In this document: piece after piece, positions 40,563 to 54,156 of the stretch | Position numbering within the stretch: position 1 is the first letter of the stretch | Layout: the number at the start of each line of letters is the position of its first letter | From: Octopus sinensis | Taxonomy: Eukaryota | Assembly (NCBI RefSeq): GCF_006345805.1 | Contig: NC_043010.1 | Span: 58,714,001 to 58,778,000 of the forward strand | Length of the DNA: 64,000 nt | Direction of reading: 5' to 3' | The notes under the pieces: model-generated | What the model saw: only the letters and a program-made list of their open reading frames with translations | The model's database searches: none | Told to the model about the DNA's origin: nothing | Position numbers and translations under genes: made by a program

Positions 40563-41225
40563 TACAGGGTATGATGGGTAAATTGTTGCCATTTTATATT
40601 CTTTATTTTGCACTTGCATATTGCTTGTTTTTGATTCTGTTGACAACACAGTATAGTAGGATCAGTTGGGCACCTTCTGTGAGTAAAACAGCGCCACAAC
40701 ACAATTCACTCTGCCAGAAATTTGGAAGCAATATGCTGTACTGCTTGGCATTCATGCTGGAAGCTCCAATACAAACATTTCAGAATATTTTGGTGTCAAT
40801 CTGAGGAGATGTAGTGGGAGTGATAAAAATCAAACATCCAGTCAACATCATGGTGTTTGGAGTGATCACTAGTGATGGTGAGGTTATACCTCCATTCATC
40901 TTCCTACATAGCCCCAGACTCAACATGGAGGCCTAGATCAAGTGCCTGGAGGAGGTAGTGCTGCCTTCAGTCAAGACGGTGGCTACTGGAAGACCCTATG
41001 TCGGGCAACAGGGTCCTCTACTGGAGAACCCAGTCATGGCTATCAGACAATTTCTGCAACCACATCAGCCATAACATCTGTTGTTACCTTCCTTAATTAT
41101 CATATGTGGGGCACTGTTGAATGAGAGATCAACAAAACTCCTCGTAACACCAAAGTTGAATAAATTTACTATTTAGTATTTCAAAATATTTTTTATGTAA
41201 TTTTGGTAAATACATCTGTTAAAAT
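40563..41225 (+). mobile_element. Second, more degraded copy of the deleted maT element
   Basis: Colinear with 34672-35470 from the tacagggt terminus. Confidence 0.8.
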
Positions 41226-41565
41226 GAGATGTCAGTGCTTTTTATGTGCCACCAGCAGAGGTGCCATTCAGACAGCTCTAGCACCTGCCACAACTACAAT
41301 TTCACTCAGTTTGACAGGTCCTCACAAGCACAGCATATCACCCAACAATTGAAGGGTGCTTTTAATGGGCCAGTTATGTGATACTGGCCTCGGCCACAAC
41401 TATAATCTCACTTGGCTTGAGATCAGTGCCACCTTGAGGCCCAATGCATGAATGGTAAATTTAACATGCCACCAGCACAGGTGCCAGTCAGACCACACTG
41501 GCGTCAGCCACAAATACGATTTCACTCACTTCAACCAGTCTTTCACTCACATATCTATCATCATC

Positions 41566-41860
41566 ATCATCATCATCGTTTAGCGTCCGCTTTCCATGCT
41601 AGCATGGGTTGGATGGTTCAACTGGGGTCTGGGAAGCCAGAAGGCTGCACCAGACCCAGTCTGATCTGGCAATGTTTCTACAGCTGGATGCCCTTCCTAA
41701 CGCCAACCACTCCGAGAGTGTAGTGGGTGGTTTTTACATGCCACCAGCACAGGTGCCAGACGAGGCTGGCAAACGGCCACGATCGGATGGTGCTTTTTAC
41801 GTGCCACTGGCACAGAGGCCAGTCGGGGCGGCGCTGGCAACGGCCACGTTCAGATGGACA
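41566..41860 (-). mobile_element. RTE 3'-UTR copy with about 2-3 internal ~60-bp units
   Basis: ATC tail at 41559-41577 followed by the family consensus. Confidence 0.8.
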
Positions 41861-41964
41861 TATATATATATAAAATGTATAATTACATATATGTGTGTTT
41901 GTGTGTACATTCACACAGGTTTATATATGCATTATATATATATATATATGTATGTATGTATGTA

Positions 41965-42470
41965 TTAAAAAAGAATGAACCGATTTCATTACACAATATT
42001 TTAGTAAGGAAAAGCAATAGAAAACACCAGCTCAGTCACAAGTATTTACTCACAATCAACTTTTAATTTCCTGTCTTACAAGTGTTCAATGTGGCCACCA
42101 CCTGCAGCATGGGCAACATCAATGCGATAACAGATTTCCTCCTGGATGCGTATCACACTCCACTGAGTGTGTGTGATTTTTTCTTGTAGACATGTGTAAA
42201 AGATCGCATTTATGTTCCACCACAACCCACTAACCTTGATGGCCTTAAACATCGAATAACAACAGCGATCGACTCAGCGGATCGTGATATGCATCTGGGA
42301 GGAATTCTCTTATCACAGTGATGTTGCCCTTGCTGTAGGTGGTGGCCACATTGAACAATTTTGTTGATTGTGAGTCAATACTTGTGACTTAGCTGGAGCT
42401 TTCTATTGCTTTTCTTAATTAAAATATGGCCTAATGAAATTGGTTCATTCTATTTGACTAACCTTGTATA
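41965..42470. mobile_element. MITE with ~165-bp imperfect terminal inverted repeats
   Basis: 41965-42135 is complementary to 42310-42467 (aagcaatagaaa, gtcacaagtatt, gttcaatgtggccaccacct); the right end abuts TA. Confidence 0.75.
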
Positions 42471-42486
42471 TATACATGAATATATG

Positions 42487-42521
<35 letters not shown>

Positions 42522-43088
42522 CTCGTCCTGCTACGCATACCTTTGGTCTTGTTTCTGCCTTTAAATGCATCCGTAATTAAGTCTGTGAATGCACTCAGTT
42601 TCCAAGGCCCCTAATCATAAGATACTTGCACAGTTGCAGGTAGCTGACTGGTTGCTACATAAAAAAACAACCAGTACCCTCTTTGAAGGGGTTGGCATTC
42701 AGAAGGGCATCCACCATAGGTGGGAGCAGTTGTGCGTGTGTGTGTTATCATTCTAGTGTTGCAGTTGCTCCACTGAGCCCTTTCTGAAAACGCAATGTAC
42801 ATGACAAATATTTATGTGCAAATCTTCAATTGCATGATTTCACTTTCAAACATGATATTATTGAGTTCTTTGATTTAAAGAAAGCCGTGACTGAAAGGTT
42901 CTGAAACTATAACGTTCCATATTTTTTGTTTACTAAATTTCATGTTCTGTTCTGTATTGGACATCATTGTTTATTCGCAAAATCACAGAACCTGGAGCTT
43001 AACTATGGTCTATCCGTAGCACTTACTCAGCATTACCTGACATCTTTGGGTCTTATTGACACCATTAACTCTTACAACTTTCCTCCCT

Positions 43089-43139
<51 letters not shown>

Positions 43140-43147
43140 ATATATAT

Positions 43148-43241
<94 letters not shown>

Positions 43242-44139
43242 TATAATTAAATAAGGATGGAAATTGATATCAATCAATTAAAACCAGTGGTCTAGCATAT
43301 TTTAAAAAATCCATATGTAATATATATATATATATATACATATGTATATATATATATATACATATGTATATATATATATATATATATACATATGTATATA
43401 TATATTATATATGATTTGTAGCCTTCAAACCTTTTAATGTTGTAACTCAAAGTTTCAGCAATGGTCGTATAACATTTCTGCTGTAAACTCTTCCGACGAC
43501 CAAAATACGCACCTGTAATCATTGAAATGGACGTTTGTGAAGTGCAGAGTTCATCTCCTCTGTAACATAGTACCAGGGAGTTAATTCACTGCTAAGCTGG
43601 CAAGTTGTTTCCCTTGGGTGAGCTGGGTGACAAATCTCACAACTCGTAAGTATTTCAAGGAAAATCACCAATAAAGTATTTTAAAATCAATAAAGTAATT
43701 GATTACACAGAAAGTGGAGAATAAGGGATGAAGTGGGCCAGAATTACTGGACCTTGTTAGATATTGGTGGCCGTCTTGTATGTAATTGTTATGTCATTAT
43801 AGGCAGCCAATCTTTTAGTCTGTTCTTCCCTGACCAACTCCTTTCTGTTGAATGAGTAAACTTATTTAACTCTCATTGATTATTGGTATATCGTTTAACT
43901 GTGGGATATGTTACCTGCCTAATGGTGCAAGGGGAACAACCCACTAGCTCAGAATTTCAATTTTAGCCACTTTGCACGATGTGACACGAAACCAAACACT
44001 TGTAACATGGCCGTGGTGCACCTGAGCACTGTATACAAAAATTTCATTATTATTATTATTTTTATATGTGTGTATTTTAGTTGATTGAAGATCTTGTGGC
44101 TAAATAATGCTTTCAAATTTTGTCACATGGGCAGCCATT

Positions 44140-44533
44140 TTGGGGGAGGGAATGCATTGATTACATTGACCCCAGTATGCAACTGGTACTCAATTTATCC
44201 ACCCCCAATAGGATGAAAGGCAAAGTCAACCTCGGCAGAATTTGAACTCTGAATGTAGCAACAGGTGAAATACCGCTAAGCATTTAGCCTGGCGTGCTAA
44301 TGAGTCTGCCAGTTCACTGCCTTCTTGTGGCTAAATAATCTTTTCTACTCGAGGCACAAGGCCTGAAATTTGGTGAGGAGGGGGCCAGTCGATTAAATTG
44401 ACCCCAGTATGCAACAGGTACTTAATTTATCAACTCTAAAAGGATGAAAGGCAAAGTTGACCTCTGTGGAATTTGAACTCTGAATGTAAAGACAGGTGAA
44501 ATACCACTAAGCATTTAGCCTGGTGTGCTAACG
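44140..44533 (-). mobile_element. Two head-to-tail SINE family A copies
   Basis: Reverse-complement family consensus occurs twice (about 44140-44335 and 44341-44533). Confidence 0.8.
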
Positions 44534-45519
44534 AGTCTGCCAGCTCACCGCCTTCTTTTAATGAATAATTAATGATAACTATAACAGAGATGTTGTGTAA
44601 TCATTTGGTGAAACTCTGAGTAACACTATTACGAGTACTGAAAATTCTAGAGATAATACAGAGCCCACCATTTTCTAAGGAGTTTGTTTTCTTTGTCTCA
44701 GCTGATTTCCATTACAGGAGATATTACAGGTATATCAAATACCATACAACATACATTCTTGATGTGTTAAACATATCTGTGCCTCTGGGTGATGTATCTT
44801 TATTACCAAGAGATAATTAAAACTAGCTTTGTAGGAGAAGGGCAGATAATTTCAAGAACCAAAAATTCTTCAAAGTTGGCATCCCATTAAGGAAAGAGAC
44901 GGTCTTAAAATCTGGAGATAAGAGGACAGTCATGGAACTGTGTTTCTGGGTCAATGGCTGTCATCACCACAACAATTCTATAATCTTATCTCCAGTATCT
45001 ATCCGTAAAAGTGTAGAATATGTTTATGGCTGAGGAAATTTGTATAATTTAAGCAAAAACTGTGCTGAAAGAAATAGCTCAAAGTGGCCATTCACTTGTA
45101 TTTGGACAACATAGGCACAGTTATATGAATGAATTCATAATCTCTTAAAATTATCTCCACGTCTGGAGGATGTGAAGTTAATTATCAAATTACCAAATGG
45201 CAATTAAGACCAGATTCGTTTGAAAAGGGGAGATAATATCAAGACTCAAAAACTCTCCAAAGTCAATGCACACACACATTATTTGTATATAGGGGTATGT
45301 ATGTATCTAACGGAAAACGGTTGAAATAAACACCGGAGATGCTTTGGCCCTGACACACAAACAGCAGGAGTTACTCAGTGGTGTTGCAATTTCTTCCAAA
45401 TCCATAGCAATACTAGAAACCCTTTCTTGTCTCAGGGTCACAAAGGTCACACCCCTTAGCTTGTACACTTCACCTGGGTGGGGGCAGCGAGGACTGAGTT
45501 ACTCTTCACCTACAGAAAG

Positions 45520-45705
45520 GTTCCACTTGCGGTCCCTTGTCCAGCCAAAGCCATCTTGAACTAGTTTCAGCTTCCATACCTATTTCCTTGATCACATTCT
45601 TTAATTGTTTGGGCTCCAGGCTTATCTTCCACAGAAAATAATCTCAGTCAAAGGCTACAGCAGCTGACTTCGATGGGGAATGAGGCTGCATGCTGGCCCC
45701 TGACA
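45520..45705 (-). mobile_element. HERO-like REL retrotransposon 3' remnant
   Basis: FPIEVSC...IKEIGMEAETSSRWLWLDK resembles the P(V/I)EVGCRG...EAEKASRWLW terminus; frameshifted. Confidence 0.5.
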
Positions 45706-46743
45706 AGGGCCTCATCAATCAAAACAAAAGAAAACAAGGATTTTAATTATATTCAATTACCTTTCATTTATTTCTTCTTTCTGTTGTTGTTGTTGTTGCT
45801 GTGCAGGTGTTGTTTGTTGTTTTTTGAGTCATGTACTATTGTTGTTATTGTTGTTATTGTTGTTACTCATGATGTTGATGTTGTAATTGTTGTTGTTGCT
45901 TTCTGCTGTTGTTGTTGTTACGGTTGTTGAGGAGCAATAATGAAATCATGGCAATTTCACTTTCACATCAACAACAACAACAACAACAACAACAGACACA
46001 AACCCCCACCCTTAAGATTGCTCTCCACCCCACCACCAGCAAGTAGGAAAACTAACGAACGAGCCATAATGTGGCCTTTCAGTCAGCTAGGAATAGCAGC
46101 CAAATTTCCCTTAAATCACACCATTTTAAATAAGGAAAAGATCCATAATATAAGCTTACAGGATGGCCACGACTGGAATGACTTTGATTATAGGTTTACT
46201 CAATCAAACCTGATCTTGGCTTAAACAGCAGCAATACCATCTCCACCACATCACCATGGGAACCAAATCCAAAACATCAGAAATATCTTTTGTTCCAATT
46301 TTGCGTAGAAAGTTCTTTTATATTTTATTTCGGTGTTACAATATGGTGGTGGTGGTGATGGGGGGGGTCAGTGGTGGTAGTGGCTTTGGTATTGGTTGTG
46401 TTGGTGGTGTTTGTTCTGATTGTTGTTGTTATTGTTGTTGTTATCTATGATTGTTTCTGTCATGTGCCTCTGTGTGTGTGTGTGTGAGTATTTGTTTCAC
46501 CAGGTATTCAGCTTTATTGTATGTCTATGTTCTGCCTACAACACCTTATTGTGGCCAGGCTGTCACATCCAACATTTATCAGACATGTGTCACAGAGGCA
46601 TCATTCTGTGTGACGGGTGTGTGCCACAGTGTTCTTGTCACTCCGTGTCTGATGATGTGTCACAGGGAGCTTGTCCCTCTCCCTCTGTTTGCTGGTGCGT
46701 CACAATGGCTGTTTTAGTGGTTGTTCCTGATTGAGAGAGATAC

Positions 46744-46825
46744 CATGCTACAGGTGTGACATGCGATAGGTGTGACATGCTACAGGTGTGACATGCGATA
46801 GGTGTGACATGTTACAGGTGTGACA
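46744..46825. repeat. 16-bp minisatellite, five units with alternating variants
   Basis: catgctacaggtgtga and catgcgataggtgtga alternate. Confidence 0.95.
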
Positions 46826-47387
46826 AATTCCTGGAAGAGCATATGAGAGTTGTGACACCATCTGATGGGTAGTGTTACAGTGTTATTGAGTAACATAATC
46901 TCACGCTCTTACTCAGATATTGTGATACAATACTGTGTCACAAAAGAGTATCCCAATGCTGTAACAACAAGAACAGGATAGGTGTGTATGCGTGTTAATG
47001 TGTGAAAGTGTATATGTTTATGTATGTATATATGTGGGTAATAAATACAAACAAATACATAGTTGTATGCCTGCGTGTATGGGTGTGTATATATAAATTA
47101 ATATATATGTATGTATATTATATGTGTAATCGTATGGATACTTAATATATACAAATATACACCTGTATGTTTGTGTGAATGTGTGTGTGTGTGCGCGCGT
47201 GTCTATACACATACACATATACATAAATGCATATATATATATACACACACATACACACGCACAAATATGTAAACGGTTTTTTTATAATGTGCTTGTGCAA
47301 ACATATATGCGTGTGTGCACAAATGATTGTACAGTTGCATGTGTACATACATGTGTGTGTACATGTTTTCTGTGTGTGTGTACATGT

Positions 47388-47423
<36 letters not shown>

Positions 47424-48511
47424 TACGTGTGTGTATGTATATGTGTGAATGTCTATTTACATATGTGTGTGTGTGTAAACATACATTAGTTCCGGAACAG
47501 TCGTCACATTTCCACAGTTTCCAAAAGTAAAATCAAAAGTTACCTCCCCTTTCCCTTCTTCCTCTTCTCTTTTTTCCAAATCCTTCTCCAGTCCCCAGGG
47601 ACCCGAATTTAGTTTTAAAAATATATACAAATCAGAGCTGCAGATTAAAAACAACTCCACACCAATGTACCAGAAGGGGTCGAGAGCAGATTCCAAGTTC
47701 AACATAGTCCCCGAATGGAACGCTTAGCATCATTTCCAATTAATTTTTAGACTTTGCAGTTCTGTACAAATGGCCGAAAGCTGTGTTGGTTCTTTTGATT
47801 GAGAGGTTGTTTGTTTGGTCGGAATATTTTGGTATCAACCTCATTGTTCCAGTGTTTGGTGCCAAAGGTGAAACACACTTGAAGAATTTCAGCTTTTGAA
47901 CAATCCAGAAATACAATTATCCATTGTTGCAGTTTGAAGCTGTAAACACAGCCAAGGTGGACATGTCCATGTTCAGACTTATCAAATATTGATGTCTGAC
48001 ATAGGTACAGGGGCTCGAATTTTGAGGGGATATTTTTTAGCAGGAGGGCCAGAATGAGGGTAAAATCCATTGAGATCGGACCCCAGTTTGTAACTGGTAC
48101 TTATTTTATCAGTCTCCCTATGATAAAGGTAAAATTGCATTTGGCAGGATTCAAAGTCCAACTATAGAGACAAGGAATTAAATAACACCACACATTTTTT
48201 CCGATGCTCTACCAATTCTGCCAAATCACTGCCATTAAGGTTCATTAAATATTAAAAAGGTAAAAATCAAAAAACACTTTCACACACAAAAAATATATCG
48301 CAATGTTTTTTCAATATTTCTTCTTTTCTTATAATTTATATTTTTTTTATATCTGAAATTTTTTTTTTCATTTTTTTCTTCTTTGTTTTAGCTCTTTCAT
48401 TAAATGCCACGATCTGTGTTTGGTAATTAATTAGGTCCTCGTTGTCTGAGAGTCATCATATCGCTGTATCGTCAATGTCCTCCTCCTCCTCCTCTTTTTC
48501 TTTGCATCATT

Positions 48512-48538
48512 TTATCGTTTCAGTGTACGCGTTGGAAG
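48512..48538 (-). CDS. Candidate terminal coding exon of the protocadherin (LPTRTLKR*), followed by putative 3' UTR
   Basis: Strong acceptor gttatctttctatcttttcCAG| at 48560-48539, phase-compatible with the 54654 donor, in non-repetitive sequence. No homology or RNA support available. Confidence 0.35.
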   Translation of the reverse strand, partial: LPTRTLKR

Positions 48539-48584
48539 CTGGAAAAGATAGAAAGATAACGATATATTATTATATACCTGGATA

Positions 48585-48761
48585 GGCACAGGTGTGGCTG
48601 TGTGGTAAGAAGCTTGCTTCCCAACCACTTGGTTTCGGATTCAGTCCCATTGCATGGTACCTTGGGCAAGTGTTTTCTACTATAGTCACTGGCTGACAAA
48701 AGCCTTGTGAGTGGGTTTGGTAAGCAGAAACTGAAAGAAGCCTGTTGTGTGTATATGTATA

Positions 48762-48793
<32 letters not shown>

Positions 48794-49025
48794 GATATAG
48801 ATAGATAGATATGTATGTATTTATTTGTGTATCTGTGTTTGTCCCTCCACCATCACTTGACAATCAATATTAGTGTGTTTATGTCCCTGTAACTGAGTGG
48901 TTCAGCAAAAGAGACTGATAGAATAAGTACTAGGCTTACAAAGAATAAGTCCTGGGGTTGATTTGTTCAACTAAAGGCAGTGCTCCAGCATGGCCACAAT
49001 CAAATGGCTGAAGCAAGTAAAAGAA
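48585..49025 (+). mobile_element. SINE family B, full copy
   Basis: Head, (TA)n and tail are colinear with 30172-30535. Confidence 0.85.
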
Positions 49026-49499
49026 TGTGTGTGTGTGTGTGTGTGTGCGTGCGCTCTCCCATTTCTACGCTTGGATATCCATTCTGTAAATTATTCAAAC
49101 CGAAAATCAGAGGAGAAATGATGTTTAATGCTACATGAAGATTTCCAGGAAGCACTAAACTTTGGTTAACAATTAATTATGCTGTCTCGGTAGAGATAGC
49201 ACTTCTGAAATACAGATGATGATGATGATGTTCATACATACATGATATGACGGCCATATACTCGTGACCCAGGAAGACCATTGCTGACCTTTAGGAACAT
49301 TGTGCGCTCTAGGACTAACTTATATTTTGCATTTGCGGCTCTGTTGGTGGCTAATGCGTCCTCCTGTTGACAAGCATACATGACAGCAAACATTGCAAAC
49401 CAAGTTTCCCTATTTATTACACTAGGCGTGTGCTTTTGAACAGCATGCTTAAATTCTTCATGCAGAATACGTGCTCTCTCAAAAGTGTCAACCCCCACT

Positions 49500-49546
<47 letters not shown>

Positions 49547-50739
49547 AAGAAAGAAAGGGACTAAAAAGTCCAGGCAGATATCAATAAAGCACTCAGTTTT
49601 AAATGAATTTAGTCAGCTATCTCCAACAATCAGACACCAGTAAATGTAAGTAGAATACAGATTGAAAGTAATTCCTCATGCACAAAACCGGTAGATCCAA
49701 ATATCATTTAGAAGAATTTCTAGGAATTCAGAGAATTTCACAACAAACATACCTATAGGGAAAACCATTTCTTTAATTGTAGAATTCACCTTACAAAGCC
49801 AACAATTGTTTCTATTGTATTGGCATCTTTCGGTAGAGAAAATTACTACTGAAATTAATATTTCCAGAAGTATATATTAATAGGTTTTCAAGGTGATCCA
49901 AAATTAAGTAAATTCTTTGACTTTGGGTTTAGCTAATTTTGTATTCAAATGAAAATGTTGTTAGCATGTGTTTTCAGAAATATTAATTTCAATGATATTA
50001 TCTGTATCCAAATACATTAATACAAAAGAAACAACTGTCGGCCTTCGAAGGTGAATTCTACAATTAAAGATATGCTTTTCTCTATGTGTATTTTTGTGTG
50101 TGTGTGTGTGTGTGCACACACACACACACACACACATATATACACATACAGATATATACATACATGCATATATATATATACACACACACATATATATATA
50201 CATACATATGTACATACATACACATATACACACACACACACATACATATCATCATCATCATCATAATTATCATGGGTTGGTCAGTTTGACAGGGATCAGC
50301 AAATGAAATGGCTGCACTGAGATCTAACGTCACCTTCTCTACTGTTCGATGCCAACCGCTTCACAAGGTGTCCAGGGCACTTTTTATTGTGGTACCAGCA
50401 TTGGCGAGGTCACCAAGTATTCACAAGACAAGACCCTCTCAAGTGAGTGGGGGGGGGATATTGTATTGAGGGCTATGAAGGTATGACAGGAATGGGCCAG
50501 AGCAGGTGTCACTGCTCCAGAATTCCCTTCCTGTGCTCATGTCTTTTTCAAGCAGGTGTGTCCCCACAGTTTAATCAGAACATTAACACTTTTCAACCTC
50601 ACCAGGATTAGAGGAGCTGGACTGCAAGGGTCATGGGCTCTGTTCTTCCCTCCAGATACTGTCACAAAAAAGGAACCATCTCTATTTACAACCTGTCAAT
50701 ATGGAAGTAGGTTTTTTTGTATAAAGGGAAAACTCGTTA

Positions 50740-51170
50740 ACGTGCCAAGTAAATTAATTGGAGGTGTATTATCCATCTTTATGTTCTGTGTTCAGTTTAC
50801 ATCGAGGCTGACTTTGCCTTGCATCCCTTTGGGTTGAGCACTGAGGGAGATGTAATCAACTTAACCCCCACCCCACTAAAATTGCTGGCCTTGTGCCAAA
50901 ATTTGAAACCTATCTGTAAGTGGTTTGTCTGTAAAAAAAGGGGTCAAGCCAAGAGAATCCTTAGCAGACCAGGCAAAATGCTGGGAAGCATTTCATGTTT
51001 CATGTTTTGAGTTCAAATTCTGTAAAGGCTGACTTTACCTTTCATCCTTTTTATTTGGAGGTGGGGGGGAGGGTGTCAATAAAATAAGTACCAGTTGAAT
51101 ACTGGGGTCGATGTAATCAACTGCCCCCCCCCTTCCCTGAAGTTCCCAAATAAAATTTGAAACCAATATT
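50740..51170 (+). mobile_element. Two degraded SINE family A copies
   Basis: Partial matches to the family core. Confidence 0.6.
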
Positions 51171-53912
51171 AAGTGGTTTGTCAGGCCTGCTAAAAACAGC
51201 AGCTAAATTTGATTCAATTCACAGCCAACCTCCTTAACAAAGATGTCTGAAACTCTCTTTGGATAAAAAAAAAACCCTCCATACATGATGTTTGAATGGA
51301 AAATGTAATGGTCATGGCTGGAATAATATTGACCATAGATCTACTCAATAGGGGTCAGCCTGGGGCTACACAAAACCAACCACTGCACATTTCAGTAACA
51401 ATTACACCACCACCGTCACCACATTACGCATATCTTCATGAAATGCTCTCCATAGAGTTGAGACATTTTCATAACAAAACCAAGGTTATTCTTGGTTTCT
51501 TTTCTCTTCAATTAGACATCTTAATTACCTGAACACACCCTTGCACCTCCCCACCCCATACCTCAACTCAACCTCCTCCTCCGCCCCAATCATGTTTGTA
51601 AGAGATGGAGCAGTAGTGGGAGTGTGTTGATGTCACATCTTCCCCAACCAACTCCACCCCCACCTCTACAGTCATTTTTTTTTTTAGTTTAGTAATTGGC
51701 AAACAGAAGTCTTATGTATGTATATCTGTGGGTGTATATATATATATCTATATCTCTCTCTCTATCTATATATATATCATCATCATCATTTAATGTCAGC
51801 TTTCTATGCTGGCATGGGTTAGATGATGGTTTAACTAGAACTGATAAGCTTTGTGAACTGCACCAGGTTCCATATATATATATATATATATGTTGAAACC
51901 AATTGCAGACCTGTTGAGGCAAGTGAAATCAAAATCAATTCGATGACTGGCATCCGTGCTTGCAGGGTGCAAAGAGCACCATACGAGTGTGATCGTTGAC
52001 AGAGTGGCTATTCGAGTATGATCGTTACCAGCGTTGCCTTACTGGCACTTATGGACAGATGAAGAAAATATAAGTGTTCTAGTGTAGGACAGAGGAGGAA
52101 TCAAGGTGATTGAAAGTATAACGAAGGAATAAGGGAAGGTGGCAGGTATTTTGATTAACTGGAACCAAACTAAGCAGTGGAGAGGAGAACCAAGTTTGAC
52201 TTGGCCCTTGGACTGACCAAGTTCACAGGTAGAGGCCTCACTTGCTAGACTTACGATCTGATTCAGATATTTGAGGTCTTGTTCAGGGCAGACCGCCAGG
52301 TAGAGAGGAAATGAGGTGAGGTTATGGGTAGGGTGGTCAATCTCAACCAGAAATGAGGTGAGAGGAAGAAGCCACCCTGAAATAGTCAGACAAGGGTGGT
52401 TAACACATACATTGACTTTGGTATATATTATGTCCTCACCATTGTGCTTCACTCCATGTTGGATCTGGCCCCTTTGGAGTGTCTCTTTTATTTATTTCTT
52501 GTGTCTCCCAGCATTTTATCTCCTGCCAACATCAGCTTTAATAGAACTGCAGTTTTGAGTCAAATGGAATCTAAGACTGGGGATGTAGCACATGGAATAC
52601 TTTCAGGCACTCGTAGTTCTCTGTCTGTAGGGCAGAATGGTCAATGAAATGTCCACATTAGGATTCTATACAGGATTAAAGACAATGTACGAGCAATGAC
52701 ATATTTCAGAAAACTCTGAGAATCAACAAATAGTTTCCAGGAATCACAAAACTAACAGTGCCACCAGAAGTGGGGGGTGGGGGACATGATCAGTTCTTGG
52801 TAAGATATATAACACTAGAAATATCATCAGACTGATATGCAGTGAGGACAATGAGATGATATTTATTCTTCACACAGCCCTCCACTTCTGACCAAGAACT
52901 TATCAACTTCAAACTTCACTTGAAACAGGTGGTAAGAATAGAGAGACACACATAGAGAAAGAGACAGAGATATAGAGAAAGGATGCAGCCATCTAGAAAA
53001 TTTAAAGAAAGATTGTTGTTATTGCTATTGTTGTTGTTTAACCCTGTGTCAGTTTTAAATTGAGCAAACTTGTGATCAATGGCATCCCATCCATGACCAT
53101 TCCATTTTTTTCCTCTGTGGAAAAATGAAATTAATCCCGTGTAGGTCTCCAATGACAAGTTTCCCAATGAAATACAGTATTAACAAAATGAAAAAAAAAA
53201 TTAAATAGAAGTAAATATAATTACTGGGGTGGGTGTGGAGGGAATTATTAATGTCATTTCATTCCTACTCTTAATGAAGACTAAGAAAAAGAAGAAGGAA
53301 AATATGATAAGTCTATTACTAACACCTTTCACCTTTTCTGTCTATTGTTTCTATCGTTTTCCTTTGCTGTGTTAAATAAGAGCCCTCTGCTCAAAATATT
53401 TGTGTTTATTACTGTAACATATTCTATAAAATATATATTCTATCAAATATAAGAATACATTATACACTTACATGAAATGTAGGCACACACACACACAATT
53501 CATTTATAAAATATAGGTACACATTTAAGGTATCTGTAACATTTTAGCATACAAAGAATATATTTATAAAATATAAGCAGATACACTGTATGTCTGGATA
53601 ATATAAAGATAGATGCAGGCATGGCTGTGTGGCAAGAAGCTTGCTTACCAACAACATGGTTCCGGGTTCAGTCCCACTGTGTGACACCTTAGGCAAGTGT
53701 CTTCTACTATAGCCTCAGGCCAACCAAAGCCTTGTGAGTGGATTTGGTAGACAGAAACTGAAAGAAGCCTGTCGTATATATATACATATATATATATGTA
53801 TATATATATATTAATAATAATAATATGACAAGAGAATGAATGAGACCTTGATATTATGTAAAATAGAGGAATTTCTCTATAAATATAATATGTGACAACT
53901 AGTTGCTTTTCA

Positions 53913-53975
53913 TTATAAAACTCAGAGTTTCGGATGCCAGGGCTGAAGTCTGCTCTGGCATCTCATCAGTTATTA
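53913..53975 (-). ncRNA. Minimal type I hammerhead ribozyme with canonical core
   Basis: taataa-CUGAUGA-GAUGCCAG...CUGGCAUC(C)-GAAA-C-UCUGA-GUU-ttataa. Stem II has 8 bp with one bulge; stem I has 4 bp, a mismatch, then 1 bp; GUU cleavage triplet at 53921-53919. Confidence 0.75.
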
Positions 53976-54156
53976 AGACAAACAAAAACGCTATAAAAAA
54001 TACCATTGAATAAAGGGAAATTACTCCAATAGGCATGGGGAAAGTAAAACTTCATTCATAGAATCTGCATATGCACACATGTACACATATGCACACACAC
54101 AAACACGTGTGTGTGTGTGTATATATATACACACATAGCATTTTTGTTGTTTGTCT

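Noticed and set aside
43425-43500. CGGAAGA...GAAAC...GUU hairpin on the minus strand
   Set aside because: The core is non-canonical and the GAAA is consumed in the hairpin; no stem I.
47747-48070. 107-aa minus-strand ORF, and an acceptor at 47940 giving LQTATMDNCISGLFKS*
   Set aside because: No recognisable homology, weak pyrimidine tract, and the ORF start lies in a SINE remnant; more likely UTR or intergenic.
52039-52452. 137-aa minus-strand ORF
   Set aside because: No motif recognised; composition suggests old repeat-derived sequence.
52570-52650. Alternative Pcdh acceptor (ctgccctaCAG at 52627-52625) giving TENYECLKVFHVLHPQS*
   Set aside because: Weaker pyrimidine tract than 48539 and no other support; cannot be fully excluded.
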